Shown: piece by piece, positions 51,699 through 63,673 of the stretch | Position numbering within the stretch: position 1 is the first letter of the stretch | Layout of the letters: every line of letters begins with the position of its first letter | Source: Squalus acanthias | Taxonomy: Eukaryota | NCBI GenBank assembly: GCA_030390025.1 | Contig: CM059432.1 | Coordinates: 148,244,001 to 148,308,000 of the forward strand | DNA length: 64,000 nucleotides | Direction of reading: 5' to 3' | Program-made: the position numbers and the translations under genes | Notes under the pieces: generated by a model | What the model saw: only the letters and a program-made list of their open reading frames with translations | The model's database searches: none | What the model was told of the DNA's origin: nothing

Positions 51699-52714
51699 GT
51701 AAATGGGCAACTTAAGCAAGTATCGCAAATCTACAGTGGGAGGTTGAGCAAAAAATATATTAAAATATAAATAACTGGGAATGAGAGGTTTTGGGGATGG
51801 GAAAAACAGAGCTGCTTGCACCTTAAGCAAGTTTTATAAATAGTATTGCAAATATTATAGGCTAGAAACTTGTTTATTTCAAATTGCCTTGGTTCAAAGT
51901 GCGGATAAAGGACTGTCATATGAACATGTTAAGCATTAGTCTGCTAATATTGGCCACTGGAACTTCCAGGATTATATCAGCGAGGCCCTGTATCGAAAAG
52001 TGTATAATATTTTACCTAGTGACAGTCGTATGATATATTGCTTCAATAAGTATATTGCATTACAATAATGGGTGAAGTGCTGTCATTCTTAGACCGCAGC
52101 ACAATCAAGGTTAATATCAAAAACTGTATTCCAGGTCCCGAATGACCCACGAGTTTCGCTGTGGGAAATCTACTCGTACTTATAGATTTAGATCAAAGAT
52201 TATGTTTAATAAGTTTATGCCTCATTCATTAATATAAACAAAGTAGAAGTAGGGCCTTAAACACAATGCTTAGGGGAGACGATCATTAGAAATTTCTTCA
52301 GGGTACTTACGATCAGCCATCGTAACCTCAGATAAACAGAGGGTTTCCACTCAGCTTACGGCAGCCGATCGGGAGAACCCCGAAGAAATTCTCGGCCTTT
52401 GTCAGCACCACGTCATTTATGGTTATATCCTATGAGGTACCAGCCCATGCCATGGTGCTCATAACAATAATTTGGTGATCCCAGATGGGAAACAATGAGG
52501 CCTAGAAATTGGATAAGGTCCAAAAACGGGCATGGGCATGGGTATCGCGCAGCTGGACCTTCTAGGCCCAGAGCTGCTCAAGGTCGTCCTGCAAGGCCAT
52601 CTGCAGTCTCCCCCGCTGAAAGTCAGCAGCCTTCCACCAGCCATGCTGCAGCCACTGGGGGAGCACTTCGAGGAGCACTAGAGTAGGAAAATGAACATAA
52701 AAGACAGACACTAA

Positions 52715-53423
52715 GGGCTGGATTTTGATACTTGGGCGGGCTGGGGTCGTGTCATCCACTTTTCGTGTTATCCACCTGACTGCAATTGGATGTGGGAGAT
52801 TGATGCGATTTTCACCTAATTGGGCAATTGAGTTCCAGCATGTGGGAACCCATGACCCAATTAGTGTTTTCAGTCTGAAAGTCGCCTCTGATGATGTCAT
52901 CATTGCTGCTGCATTGCAGGTCAGAGACTGCCTGGCCTTTGCTGTGAGAGGACCTGGAGGCAAAATGAGCAGCAGCAGCCCTAGTCTGCTCCCAGATATT
53001 ATTATTCTTTTTCTTTTTCTTTTTCTTCTTCTTCTTCTTCTCCTCCATCTCCATCATTTGCACCTCCATCATCATCTCTCCTTCGTAATAGTGGACCTGC
53101 AGCTGATAGTCAGCTATCAAAATGTGCTCCCACCAGGTTTCACAATCGTGGTTCAGAACAGGCGTGCTTCACGTAGAAAAAGGGTTAAAATCACAAAGGC
53201 CTTTCAAAATGGCATTATAGAGGCAATTTAGTGCTTGTTAAGGGCCTTAACAGCCTATCCCGCCTCTTAGAGGCGGGACGGAGTCGGAACCAACAGACAC
53301 AATTTAATGAAAATTGTGTGGAGGCGGGATGGAGGCAGGCTTGTGCCCGCCCACCAGTTTTCGTAATTTTAACCCCCCACACGCCTCCAAACCCACCTCC
53401 ACAGGTCAATGAAAATTCTGCCC
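52715..53423 (+). mobile_element. Harbinger-type MITE (family M2, diverged)
   Basis: Termini GGGCTGGATTTT / AAAATTCTGCCC, TSD TAA (52712-14, 53424-26). Confidence 0.85.
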
Positions 53424-53585
53424 TAAGGGAATGCAGAAGAGTGATTAATTTATAAATTATGTTTGGAATGTTTGTTTTGTGGTGGCTCTCATTTCAGCTT
53501 TGTGCCCAGGAGGACGCTGTGATGTTCTGTGACAGAGGGATGGTATGATGGGGAAGTGGTGAGCAACGGGGATCTGGGGTTTCAT

Positions 53586-54836
53586 TCACTGGAATCGGAG
53601 TCTGATGAGGCTTTCACGGACAGCCCGTCCAGAATGGGGTTCTGCTGTCTGCCTCCTCCCATCCGCCTCCTCCTCCTCTTCCTCCTCCTCTTCAAGTGGT
53701 CCCAGAACCTGTGGAGGCAAGGGCTGTGCCTCCATGATGGCCAAATTGTGGAGCATGTAACAGACTACCACGAAATGGGACATCCGCTCCGGCAAGTACT
53801 GGAGGGCTCCTCCAGAGTGGTCAAGGCAGCGGAACCGTTGCTTTAGCATCCCAATGGTCTGCTCGATGGCATTCCTCGTGGCAGCATGGCTGTCATTATA
53901 TGATTGCTAGCCACAAGTGGTGGGGTTGTGGAGGAGAGTCATCATCCAGGTGCAAAGCAGATAGCCCTTGTCTCTGAGTAACCACCCTTGGGTTTGACAT
54001 GGTGGCTGGAAGTTTGCTGGCACACCGGACTGGCGCAGGAAGAAGGCATCATGACTGCTGCCAGGATACCGGGCATTCACCATCATGATGTGCTGGGTGT
54101 GGTCGCACAACAACTGCACATTAAGTGAGTGACAGCCTTTGCAGTTACAGAACATCTCAGGATTGGTATGTGGCACCTGCTAAGGCATCTCCTGCAATGG
54201 GCTTTGCAAGTGATTATGACATTGGAAGTGGAAATGCTACCCACCAGATCACAAGCTATCTACCAACTTCACAATTCCCTGTGGTACAACAACGTGTGTG
54301 CAGTCGATGGCGCCCTGCACCATGGGGAAGCCCGATATCTTGGCAAAGCCACATGCGCACTGCTCCTGCTTCTCTCTGTTCAGAGAGAAGACGATGAAAT
54401 CCCTTCTCCTGGAGTCCAGAGCCTCTGTGACCTCCCGGATGCAGCGAAGAAGGGCGAACTGGGAGATATTTGCTATGTCTCCTGCCCCAGAATGGAAGGA
54501 TCCAGTGGCGAAAAAATTGAGGGCCATGGTGACCTGGAGGGCCACTGGGAGAGCCGTGGTCACTCTGCTCTCAGGCTGCAGGTCTGGTTCCAAGAGGTGG
54601 CAGAGTTCTGTGACCACCTCCTTGGTGAAGCGGAGCCGCCGAACACACTGCTCCTGGCTTAGGTGCAGGGAGGAGAAGGGCTCCCTGAAGACCCTAGGTG
54701 GGTAAGGCCTCCTGCTGAGAGCACTTCTGTCCCTCCTCCTCCTCCCTCTGTGAGCAGCTTCTCCTCTTCTTCGCTGCCTCCGCTCCATCTCCCTGTCATA
54801 CTCGAGTGCGAGGGGGACTGCAAGTAGAGCCCCCAT
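53586..54836 (-). pseudogene. HARBI1-like DDE transposase, full length but disrupted
   Basis: MGALLA...RPYPPRVFRE...ALNFFATGSF...GAIDCTHV...PGSSHDAF...DKGY...IEQTIGMLKQRFRCLD. Insertion at about 54188-54291 and a stop near 53907. Confidence 0.9.
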
Positions 54837-55056
54837 GACTGGGAGCAAGTGGTGTGAGCAGAAGCCTTTAAATGAGAAGCAAGGCGTTTTCCACTTGCAG
54901 CAACGCTCCATGTGACCTCAGCAACTTTAAACAACTCTAGAAAGCTCCAAACAGTTGCAGAAACTTAGACAGAGCCAGTAAAACTGAAAGAGCCAGTCAG
55001 CTGCAAGTCGTTGATGATCCCTTTAAATATCGCTGCTGGGGGGTCCTTCCTGCTGC

Positions 55057-56744
55057 TGTAAGATCCGAATCACAGGCCACACACAGATTACCCAAAAGGG
55101 TTTTAGAAGTTGTAAGGCTTTTATTAAAGAGCTAGGGGGAAAAATTCAGTTGGTTGCGCCTCCCGTTAGCGCCTTAAGAGGGCGCTAATGGGGCGCAAAG
55201 CATCTAGCGCCCGGGCGCGGCGAAGTTTGCGCCTCTCGCGAAATTAACTCGACATTTTGCGGTGGCGCTAAACACTACCGCCACGATCTCCTGCGCCGGC
55301 AGATCATGACGTCACTCGAGTGTGCAACGCCCCGGTATCGCCCCGGAGCGGATATTGAGTGGCGCCCCCTGCCTTATCGCCTGACGCTAGCAACGACAGG
55401 TTGAAGGGAGCGTTCTGCAGTCATGAAGGGAAAGGGGGAGCGCTATTTAAAGGTGACCGCTTCCTGCCTTTTATTGTTGGTGCCATTTTTGAACTATGCA
55501 TTCTGAGAGAGAGAGGGAGAGACTTCTGGAGAGATTCAACGTTGTGTGAAGGAGTTTTGGGTACTGAGCAGCACTTTGCAGGTTCATTTTGATTTGCCAT
55601 TCCTTGTATTGATTTAGCAGAGATTGTGGGGGCTGCACTCTGAGCTCTTTGCCTGGTACTCTCCATTGTTCTTTCCAGCACATTTGATGTGCAAGTCTCT
55701 CCAGGCCGAGATTCAAGGCTGCAATGAGTAGGATGTGGATGGAAAGCAAGATTAACCATCCCCTTTAAGAACTGGCCCGTGCCATTGTGTGTGTGTTCCA
55801 TTGCTGACTGACATTACATGAGCTTCGCCAGCGCTCTGAGTTAGCGCCTCACTCCTCGGCCTTTGCGCCTTAAGAGAGGTGTGCAGCGCCTGATTTAGCG
55901 CTCCACTCACCTCCCGGGGCGTTAAAAGTGAAGTTTCCAGTCAGTGGCGATAATTAGCACCAGGCGCTAATTTTTGCGCCCGGACGATATTTGCGCCCCA
56001 AACGGGGCGCGACTGAATTTTTCCCCCCAACAGTTTTAAAGCATAATCAGGTATTACATATGGTTTAAGCCGAGTATAATAGACATACAACCCGTGACAG
56101 TAGGAGCGATCTACGACTCCCGAATTGGAATGCCACGACCGGACGCCTGGGAGGCAGTACAGTGGTCTCGGATTGGCTGGATTCCTGCAGTCGGCTGGAT
56201 TCCTGCAGTCTGCTGCAGCGGTCACTTCCATTGGGTCATCTCTCGAGCTGTTGGAGGTGTTGGGCCGTCAGCCATCTCAGAGGCTAAACTTGACCAAGGT
56301 GTTGGGCCGTAGCCACCTCGGGGAAGCCTTCGCCCCTAACTGCCTGATTTCCTCTCTCGGTCGTCTATATTTATAGTTATTTCGGTGGGCTGGTAATCAC
56401 TTGGTGTCAATCATTTGATCCCCCATCCTATTGTCCAATTGTGAAGCGGGAAGGCATCCCTCGCTGTCCCTTCCGACATGGCTGACGAGGCCTCCCTCTT
56501 ATCTTTCTGAGGAATGTTTTGTTACGTTTCTTTAAGGACATTTTATGACTTTTCGGCTCCATTTTTGTCTATTATCCCCCACCCTGTGTTTTGCATTTTA
56601 CGATTCCCTTATCACTTCTATTTGTCTTTTGATGCTTGATATTCGACCTTGCTGGCATTTCTGCTATCTGTTCCCGGCTGCATGTTGTCAGTCTCTGTTC
56701 TAGGAATTAAAACCCATCTTTGAATCTAACAGCTATTTCTTACA
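55057..56744 (-). mobile_element. Solo LTR (about 0.8 kb net) with a MITE inside
   Basis: Termini TGTAAGA / TCTTACA, TSD CTGC (55053-56, 56745-48). Minus-strand TATAAATA (about 56370) and AATAAA (about 55122). Confidence 0.8.
55135..56027 (+). mobile_element. Harbinger non-autonomous element related to the 11964 element
   Basis: Termini GGGGGAAAAATTCAG / CTGAATTTTTCCCCC. Subterminal GCGCCTCCCGTTAGCGCC...GGCGCTAATGGGGCGC matches 11986-12027. Confidence 0.8.
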
Positions 56745-57509
56745 CTGCTGAACACTTGGTCAGCTGGTCGTGATTAGCGAGGGGAATCAAATGGAGCGGC
56801 GACGTCCAAAATGGCAGTTCGTGCATCAAATCAGTGTTGCGCACTCATTGATGTCAATATCTGCCTCATCTAAATATCTGCAGCGAGCACAGACAACGAC
56901 AGCGCTGCCAACCTGCCCAAAATGGCGGCCGTCGCAGGACCCGCTGGAAGCGGCAGAAGCAAGGCAGCCGCCAGTTTTTCTTCCAAACCAGCCTTAACGG
57001 CCACGCTAAAGGCTCCAACTTCACGGCCAGAGACTTTTGAATACATTTTATTGCCATAGTCAAAGCAGCATTGTTTGCAAATAAAAGTAACTCTTTCACA
57101 CATACTGATGGCCACTTACTGAGCCTTGCCATAAGACAAGGCCTTTCCACTTCCAACGTCAAGGTCATTCCCGACCACTTGTTACCGACCTGCAACCTTT
57201 CTACCTTCATCCTCCAGCAGTAGAAAAGTTCCCCTTCGCTCCCTCACCTGCGCTATCTCTAACTCCATACTCCCTTTCTTCTAGTCTTCACCCACCATGA
57301 CATCAGCTCCTCCGTTGACCGGCTCAACAACTGCCTTGCGTTCATCATCAATGCCTTCATACCCACTAGCTCACAAGCTATCTCCTAACTTCAGAATTCC
57401 CTGTGGTACAACGACCACCTCTATGATGACAAATCAACATGTGCTGGCCTGTGTGTTCCTGGTTCATGACTAGCCTGTTTGTCCTCTGCCAGATGTGGCT
57501 TAACCACCT

Positions 57510-59000
57510 CAACAGCAACAAAACCTTACATTCCTATAGGGCCTTTAACGTAGTAAAAATTTCCCAAGGTGCTTTCTCAGGAGCGGTATCAGACAATACT
57601 TGACACCAAGCCACATAACAACAACAACTTGCATTTATATAGCCCCTTTAACACAGCAAAAACGTCCAAGGTGCTTCACAAGAACGTTAACAATCAAAAT
57701 TTGACACCGAGCCACAGAAGCAGATATTAGGTCAGATGATCAAGAGATATTCGGATGGGTGACCAAAAACTTGGTCAAAGCGGTAAGTTTTAAGGAGCAA
57801 CTTAAAAGGCAGGAGAGGCAGAGAGGCAGAGAATTTTAGGGAGGGAATTCCAGAGCTCGGGGCCTCGGCAGCTGAAGGCATGGCTGCCAATGGTGCAGCG
57901 TTGAAAATCGGGGAAACGCAAGTGGCCAGAATTGGAGGAGATCAGAGATCTCGGAGGGTTGTAGGGCTGGAGGAGGTGGCAGAGCTAGTGAGGGGCGAGG
58001 CCATGGAGGGATTTGAACAAAAGGACAAGAATTTTAAAATCGAGGTGTTGCCAGTCCAGGAGCCAAGGTAGGTCAGAAGGTTGTGGGTTCGAGTCCCACT
58101 CCAGGGACTTGAGCACAAAAATCTAGGCTGACACTCCAGTGCAGTGCTGAGGGAGTGCGGCACTGTCAGAGGTGCTGTCTTTCGGATGAGCCGTTAAACC
58201 GAGGCCGCGTCTGCCCTCTCAGGTGGACATAAAAGATCCTATGTCACTATTTCAGAGAAGAGCAGGGGAGTTAACCCGGTGTTCTGGCCAATATTTATCC
58301 CTCAATCAACATCTGAAACAGATTATCTGGTTATTATCACATTGCCGTTTGTGGGAGCTTGCTGTACACAAATTGGCTGCCGCGTTTCCTACATTACAAC
58401 AGTGACTACACTTCAAAAAGTACTTCATTGGCTGTAAAGCGTTTGGGACGTCTGGTGGTCGTGAAAGGCACTGTAGAAATGCAAGTCTTTCTTTTTTTTC
58501 TTTTAACATGCGCAGGGGTGAGGGGTGAACAGGACTTGGTGCAAGTTAGGATACGGGTAGCAGAGTTTGGGATGAGCTCAAGTTTACAGAGGGTGGAAGG
58601 TGGGAGGCCGGCCAGGAGAGCCTTGGAATAATTAAGTCTGGAGGTAACAAAAGGGATGGTTGAGGGTTTCAGCAGCAGATGAGCTGAGGCAGGGGCTGAG
58701 ACAGGTGATATTATGGATGTAGATGGAGGCGGTCTTGGTGATGGAGAGGATAGGGGGTCAGAAGCTCAGAAAAAGTCAAATAGGACGCCAAGGCTGTGAA
58801 CAGCCTGGTTCAGCCTGAGACAGTGGCCAGGGAGGGGGATGGAGTTGGTGGCTAGGGAACAGAGTTCATGGTGGGGACCAAAGACAATGATAATATTTAA
58901 TTGGAGGAAATTTCTGCTCATCCAATACCGGATGTCAGACAAGCAGCGTGACAAATAAAAGGCAGTGGAGGGGTTGAGAGAGGTGGTGGTGAAGTAGAGC
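57510..59000 (-). mobile_element. L2-clade LINE 3' fragments, interrupted by a SINE
   Basis: Reverse-complement similarity to 36770-37535, including the tail. Confidence 0.75.
58069..58503 (+). mobile_element. Deu-domain SINE
   Basis: B-box GGTTCGAGTCC, Deu core and L2-type tail. Confidence 0.85.
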
Positions 59001-59275
59001 AGTATCACATCAATATTCTGAAGCCAAAACATCCTATCACTTTAAGATTATCTTGGAACGCAACGCCAATCCCAAAATTCTCTTCTCTACTACATATCTC
59101 ATCGACCAACTTCATGTCTCCACCCCTATCGCCCAACGGGAGAACTTCATGGATTCCTTCAACTCCAAAATGATGAAGGTATGCTGAGTTGCTCCTGCCT
59201 CTTCTGGTCTCAGTGCCCAGCTATATCCCATCACTTCCAGTCCCACAGCATTCTGCAGTTTCTCCCCCATCAACC

Positions 59276-59578
59276 CACGGCGGCATAGTGGTTAGCACTG
59301 TTGCCTCACAGCGCCAGGGACCCGGATTTGAATCCGGCCTCGGGTGACTGTCTGTGTGGAGTTTGCACATTGTCTGCGTGGGTTTCCTCCAGGTGCTCCG
59401 GTTTCCTCCCACAGTCCAAAGATGTGCGGGTTAGGTTGATTTGGCTATGATAAATTGACCCTTAGTGTTAGGGGGGATTAAATACGTGGGGTTACGGGGA
59501 TAGGGTGGGATATGTGTCGGTGCAGGCTCAATGGGCCGAAATGGCCTCTATCTGCACTGTGGGGATTCTGTAATTCTA
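59276..59578 (+). mobile_element. V-SINE (HE1-like)
   Basis: tRNA-like head, V-domain GTGGGTTTCCTCCAGGTGCTCCGGTTTCCTCCCAC, CR1-like tail GGGCCGAAATGGCCTC. Confidence 0.8.
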
Positions 59579-59789
59579 AAAAAAAACCCTGGGATTTATC
59601 CCATCACTCGGGGGCAATTTTGACGTGTGATAGTGTAACACAGGTAGTAGCGAATCGGCAGCCCCCTTTTACCGATTTTTATTTCCATTGAAGTCCATTA
59701 AATGACCAGTTAATCTGTTTTTCAGTAGTATTGGTAGAGGGACAAATGTTGGCCAGGACTGGGATAACTCCATGCTCTTCTTTAAATAG

Positions 59790-60003
59790 CCATGATGTGG
59801 AGATGCCGGTGTTGGACTGGGGTGGACAAATGTGAGAAGTCGCACAACACCAGGTTATAGTCCAACAGCTTTATTTGAAATCACAAGCTTTCGGAGCGCT
59901 GCTCCTTCGTCAGGTAAAGGGAATGAAGGAGCAGCGCTCCGATAGCTTGTGATTTCAAATAAAACTGTTAGACTATAACCTGGTGTTGTGCGACTTCTCA
60001 CAT
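59790..60003 (-). mobile_element. Penelope-like family A mini-copy, almost entirely fold-back, inside a minus-strand SINE
   Basis: About 59828-59907 pairs with about 59926-60005. 12-bp TSD TTCTTTAAATAG (59778-89, 60004-15). Confidence 0.8.
59881..59917 (-). ncRNA. Hammerhead motif (family A)
   Basis: Intact CTGACGA, helix II and GAAAGCTT. One helix I position differs (TTAC/GTGA). Confidence 0.65.
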
Positions 60004-61413
60004 TTCTTTAAATAGTGCTATGGGATCTTTTGCATCAAACCGAGAGGGCAGATGGGTTTAGTCTCATCAAAAATACATCGCGTTCAACAATGCAGAACCT
60101 CTGCACTACAATACTGAAGAGTCAGCCTGAATTGAGTGTTCAAATCTGTAGTGGGGTTTAAATTATGACCTAACTCGGAGGCAAGAGTGCCACCAACTGA
60201 GCCTTGCTGACGTTTGGCTCCCCATCCCCCAGCATATTGATTCCAAAACTCTTACACTCGTTTATAAATCCCTCTATGGCTTTGCTTGACCCTGTGCCTG
60301 GGCCTTTTCAAATCATATATTACAGATCACACCGTCTACTTTTCTGGCTTGCTGTTCATTCGCCTCCTCCTTCTGTTCCACAGTCAGTGATCGATCCCCC
60401 TGCACATCATCACATCCCTGCACTTTGGGATTCTCGGCTTGTCTTGTTATCTCTCTCTCCACCTTCACAAATCCTCGTCAAAACCGACCTCTTCAAATGC
60501 ACCTTCGTTCCCCTCCCCAGCTTCTCTTTAACTTCTCGCTCAGTGTCCACCGCACCTCCTGTAAAGTGCTTTGGGTCATTTTTCTATGTGAAAGGTGCTA
60601 TATAAATGTCAGTTATTGTCGCTGGAAATAGCTATTTTTGCATTAGGAGCATAAACTAAAGTGAAACAATATGCGAGAGACAGCTAATTCTCATCACAGA
60701 TAAATTATGAAACTGTTCGGATGCAAGATAAGCTATAGTCAGAAAGGTATCTCACATACACTTTGAGACTGTAATGTACAGTAAATATCCATCTTACCAG
60801 AGCGGGGGAGTCTGCAGCAGCTCAGTGGGAATCTCAGCTTAATGATAGGAAAGGGCCGAGTGCAGCCAGTCCAGGTTGCCAGTATGCAGATGGTGAAGGC
60901 ATGTGGCCTTACTGCTGCTGGCTCACGGCCAGGCTAGAATTTAAATGCTGTTCTGGTTGTTGCTTAATTGGGGCTCTTTTTTGTCTGCCAGTAGGATGAC
61001 ATATTCTGACTGACTAGTACCAAATATTTATAATGAGGTGACTCCTGACAGGTCTGACACCGTCCCAGAGTTACTCTGCCATGACTGTGATCCATTCCAT
61101 TTTGATTGTACCTTCTAGCCAGGGGACAGAGCTAATATAAAAGATATGTGAGTCCACAGGGCTGGTGGTAATCAGAATGGAATGGGTGGTAATCACGGCA
61201 GAGTAACTAAGTAGTGTTTTCTATGGCATTGATAGTTTGGGAATCGTGGAACAAAGGATCCCAGTCAAGGTGGTAAAGGGAGAAATTAATTTTAACAGCC
61301 TGTTATAGTACTAGGGAATCGGGTGGTATACTGGGTTACCGCACACTCCTTCTACCTCTGGGACCTGGGTTTAAATCCAATTCAAACTGCTAGGCTGAGA
61401 ATTGTCTCTAACT

Positions 61414-62308
61414 ATAATAAAAAGAGAAAATGTTGGAAATACTCAGCAGGTCAGGCAGCATCTGCAGAGAGAGAAACAGAGTTAACGTTTCAGGTCGATG
61501 ACCCTTCGTCAGAACTGGAAAAAGTTGGAGATGGAACAGGTTTTTAAGCAAGTGTAGGGGGCAGGGAAAGGGAGGAGGGCAGGAAAGAACAAAAGGGAAG
61601 GTCTGTGATAGGATGGAAGGCAGGAGAGATTAAGAGACAAAAGGGATGATGGTGCAAGGCAAAAGGAGATGGTAATGGGACAAGTTAAGAAACAAAAGAT
61701 GAGTCTAGATGAAGTGTAAATGGCAATGGCAGAATGAAAGACAGCTGCCATGTGGGAGAAAGAAAAAAAAAAGATAGGGTCAGAGGTTATGGTCTGAAAT
61801 TGTTGAACTCGATGTTGAGTCCAGAAGGCTCTAAAGTGCCTAATCGAAAGATGAGGTGCTGTTCCTTGAGCTTACGTTGAGCTTCATTGGAACAGTGTAA
61901 GAAGCCGAGGACGGTGAGGTCAGAGTGGGAGTGGAGCGGGAGAATTAAAGTGACAGGCGACCGGAAGCTTGGGGTCACCCTTACGGACTGAATGGAGGTG
62001 TTCCGCAAAGCGGTCACCCAATCTGCGTTTGGTCTCCCCAATGTAGAGGAGACTGCATCGTGAGCAGCGAATACAGTATACTAAATTGCAAGAAGTACAA
62101 GTAAATCGCTGTTTCACCTGGAAGGAGTGTTTGGGGCCCTGGACGGTGGGAAGGGGGGAGGTAAAAGGGCAGGTGTTGCATCTCCTGCGCTTGCACGGGA
62201 AGGTACCGGGCGAAAGGGGAAGTGGTGTTGGGGGTGATAGAGGAGTGGACCAGGGTGTCGCGGAGGGAGCGGTCCCTACTGAATGCTGAAAGGGGAGGTG
62301 AGGGGAAG
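61414..62308 (-). mobile_element. 5'-truncated Penelope-like element (family B) with GIY-YIG endonuclease region
   Basis: FTCTSCNLVYCIRCSRCSLLYIGETKRRLGDRFAEH...CHFN, then after a frameshift RKLKEQHLIFRLGTLEPSGLNIEF. 13-bp TSD ATTGTCTCTAACT (61401-13, 62309-21). Confidence 0.88.
61480..61516 (-). ncRNA. Minimal type-I hammerhead ribozyme motif (family B)
   Basis: Same sequence as 49756-49792, in the sense of the GIY-YIG ORF and about 270 nt past its stop. Confidence 0.8.
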
Positions 62309-62540
62309 ATTGTCTCTAACTGATGGCTATGTAAAATGGAGAGTCTCAAGCCAGTTTTACATAAGAACAAAGGAAAAGACAAAGACAAGAGGGCCATTAT
62401 AGCATCCATCCTAATTTATAGGTATTGTAATCTAATGGTTATGGTACTTGACTATTGATCAAATTGAGTTCAAATCTCAGCATAGTCCGTTGTAGAATTG
62501 AACTCAATAAATCTGATAATTTGGGCTGGCTGCTGAAAAA

Positions 62541-62624
62541 GAGGAAGGAGCGATAGTTCCGAAAGCTTGTGATTTCAAATAAAACTGTTGGACTATAACC
62601 TGGTGTTGTGCGACCTCTCAATTT
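62541..62624 (+). mobile_element. Penelope-like family A fragment (hammerhead 5' box missing)
   Basis: Similar to 1278-1356. TGCTGAAAAA is repeated on both flanks. Confidence 0.65.
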
Positions 62625-62976
62625 TGCTGAAAAATAACCATGAAAGCTGTTAGCACAGACTAATTATATGTACATTTCTTGGAGCTGATTGGTTAAATTT
62701 CATATTTGTAAATTAGAGATAACTCAAAACTCAGTGACTGAAATAAGTCACAAATATCTGCCAATCAAAAAGTACAAAGTGGATCAATCAAATTGCTTTT
62801 GTAAAAGTCCTTTCAGAACTCAGTAATTATAAAGAGTATTGAAAATCTGCCAAATAAAGAAATAAACTGAACCAATCAAATTGCTAAACAATTTCCTTCA
62901 AAAATCTTTTGTCTGCCATTTTACCTGTGTACAAACTAAAATATCCAGAGTTCAAAAATAAGCTACCTTACATCAT

Positions 62977-63673
62977 GGCCCAGAAGTTATTGTCAAAATA
63001 ATGGTGAGGCTAATAGCGCTCACCGTTATTTATGCGCAAATCGCACAGCAACTTCAGGCAAGGGCAGATGTGGGATTAAAAGGGAAAATCTGGAAGTTGC
63101 TCTCAGAGTTGCACCGCTCCGCTGTTAGCTTCCCGAAAATGGCATCTCGCTGTCTGCTCCCCATTCAAATGGCGTGAAGTTCCTGTACTTGCATGGTACT
63201 TACAAAACAAACTCACCACAGAAAGATAGGGCTTGTCCAAGTACACTTTTTAACTGCATTATAAGTCTTTATTTCTGCCAAACAACCTCTATGGCACTGA
63301 AAATTAACTATTACAAGTGTGGAGTCTCATTCCCTCAGCTTTTAATTGTTGTTGGAGAATTTTTTTTAATGCTAATTGATTTTTTTTTACCTTTTCTTTC
63401 TGTCTCTTTGTTTCTCTTTCTGTACCTGATTTGACTTTGATTTCAATATTCAAACTTACACTTCCTGGTTCAGACTCTGCTTGCTCATTATCGATTCTTC
63501 AATCTGATTGGTTATGGAGATGCACAGTTACTTGCCCTGTTCACACAGATCCCAGACGCCCTGTAGCAGGCGCTGCACCATTTTGATCTCCCACTTGCAG
63601 CAACTTCTGTTGCAAGATCTCAAGCACATTAAACGGGCGCCATTCGTTTACCGGCTACAATAAATTCTGGCCC
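62977..63673. mobile_element. Harbinger-type MITE (family M3)
   Basis: Termini GGCCCAGAAGTT / AATTCTGGCCC, flanks CAT/AAT, interior similar to 32516-33647. Confidence 0.7.

Larger units (their letters stand above)
52545..56985. mobile_element. Decayed PIF/Harbinger transposon with nested MITE and solo LTR
   Basis: Myb-gene C-terminal remnant on plus (GPSRPRAAQGRPARPS...QQPSTSHAAATG, like the 12886 gene) facing a transposase on minus. Ends are approximate. Confidence 0.7.

Noticed and set aside
53586..54836. Domesticated host gene HARBI1
   Set aside because: It has an insertion and a stop, sits in a transposon context, and has several related copies in the window.
59276..59345. tRNA gene
   Set aside because: This is the tRNA-derived head of a SINE and continues into the V-domain. 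The other SINE heads are the same.
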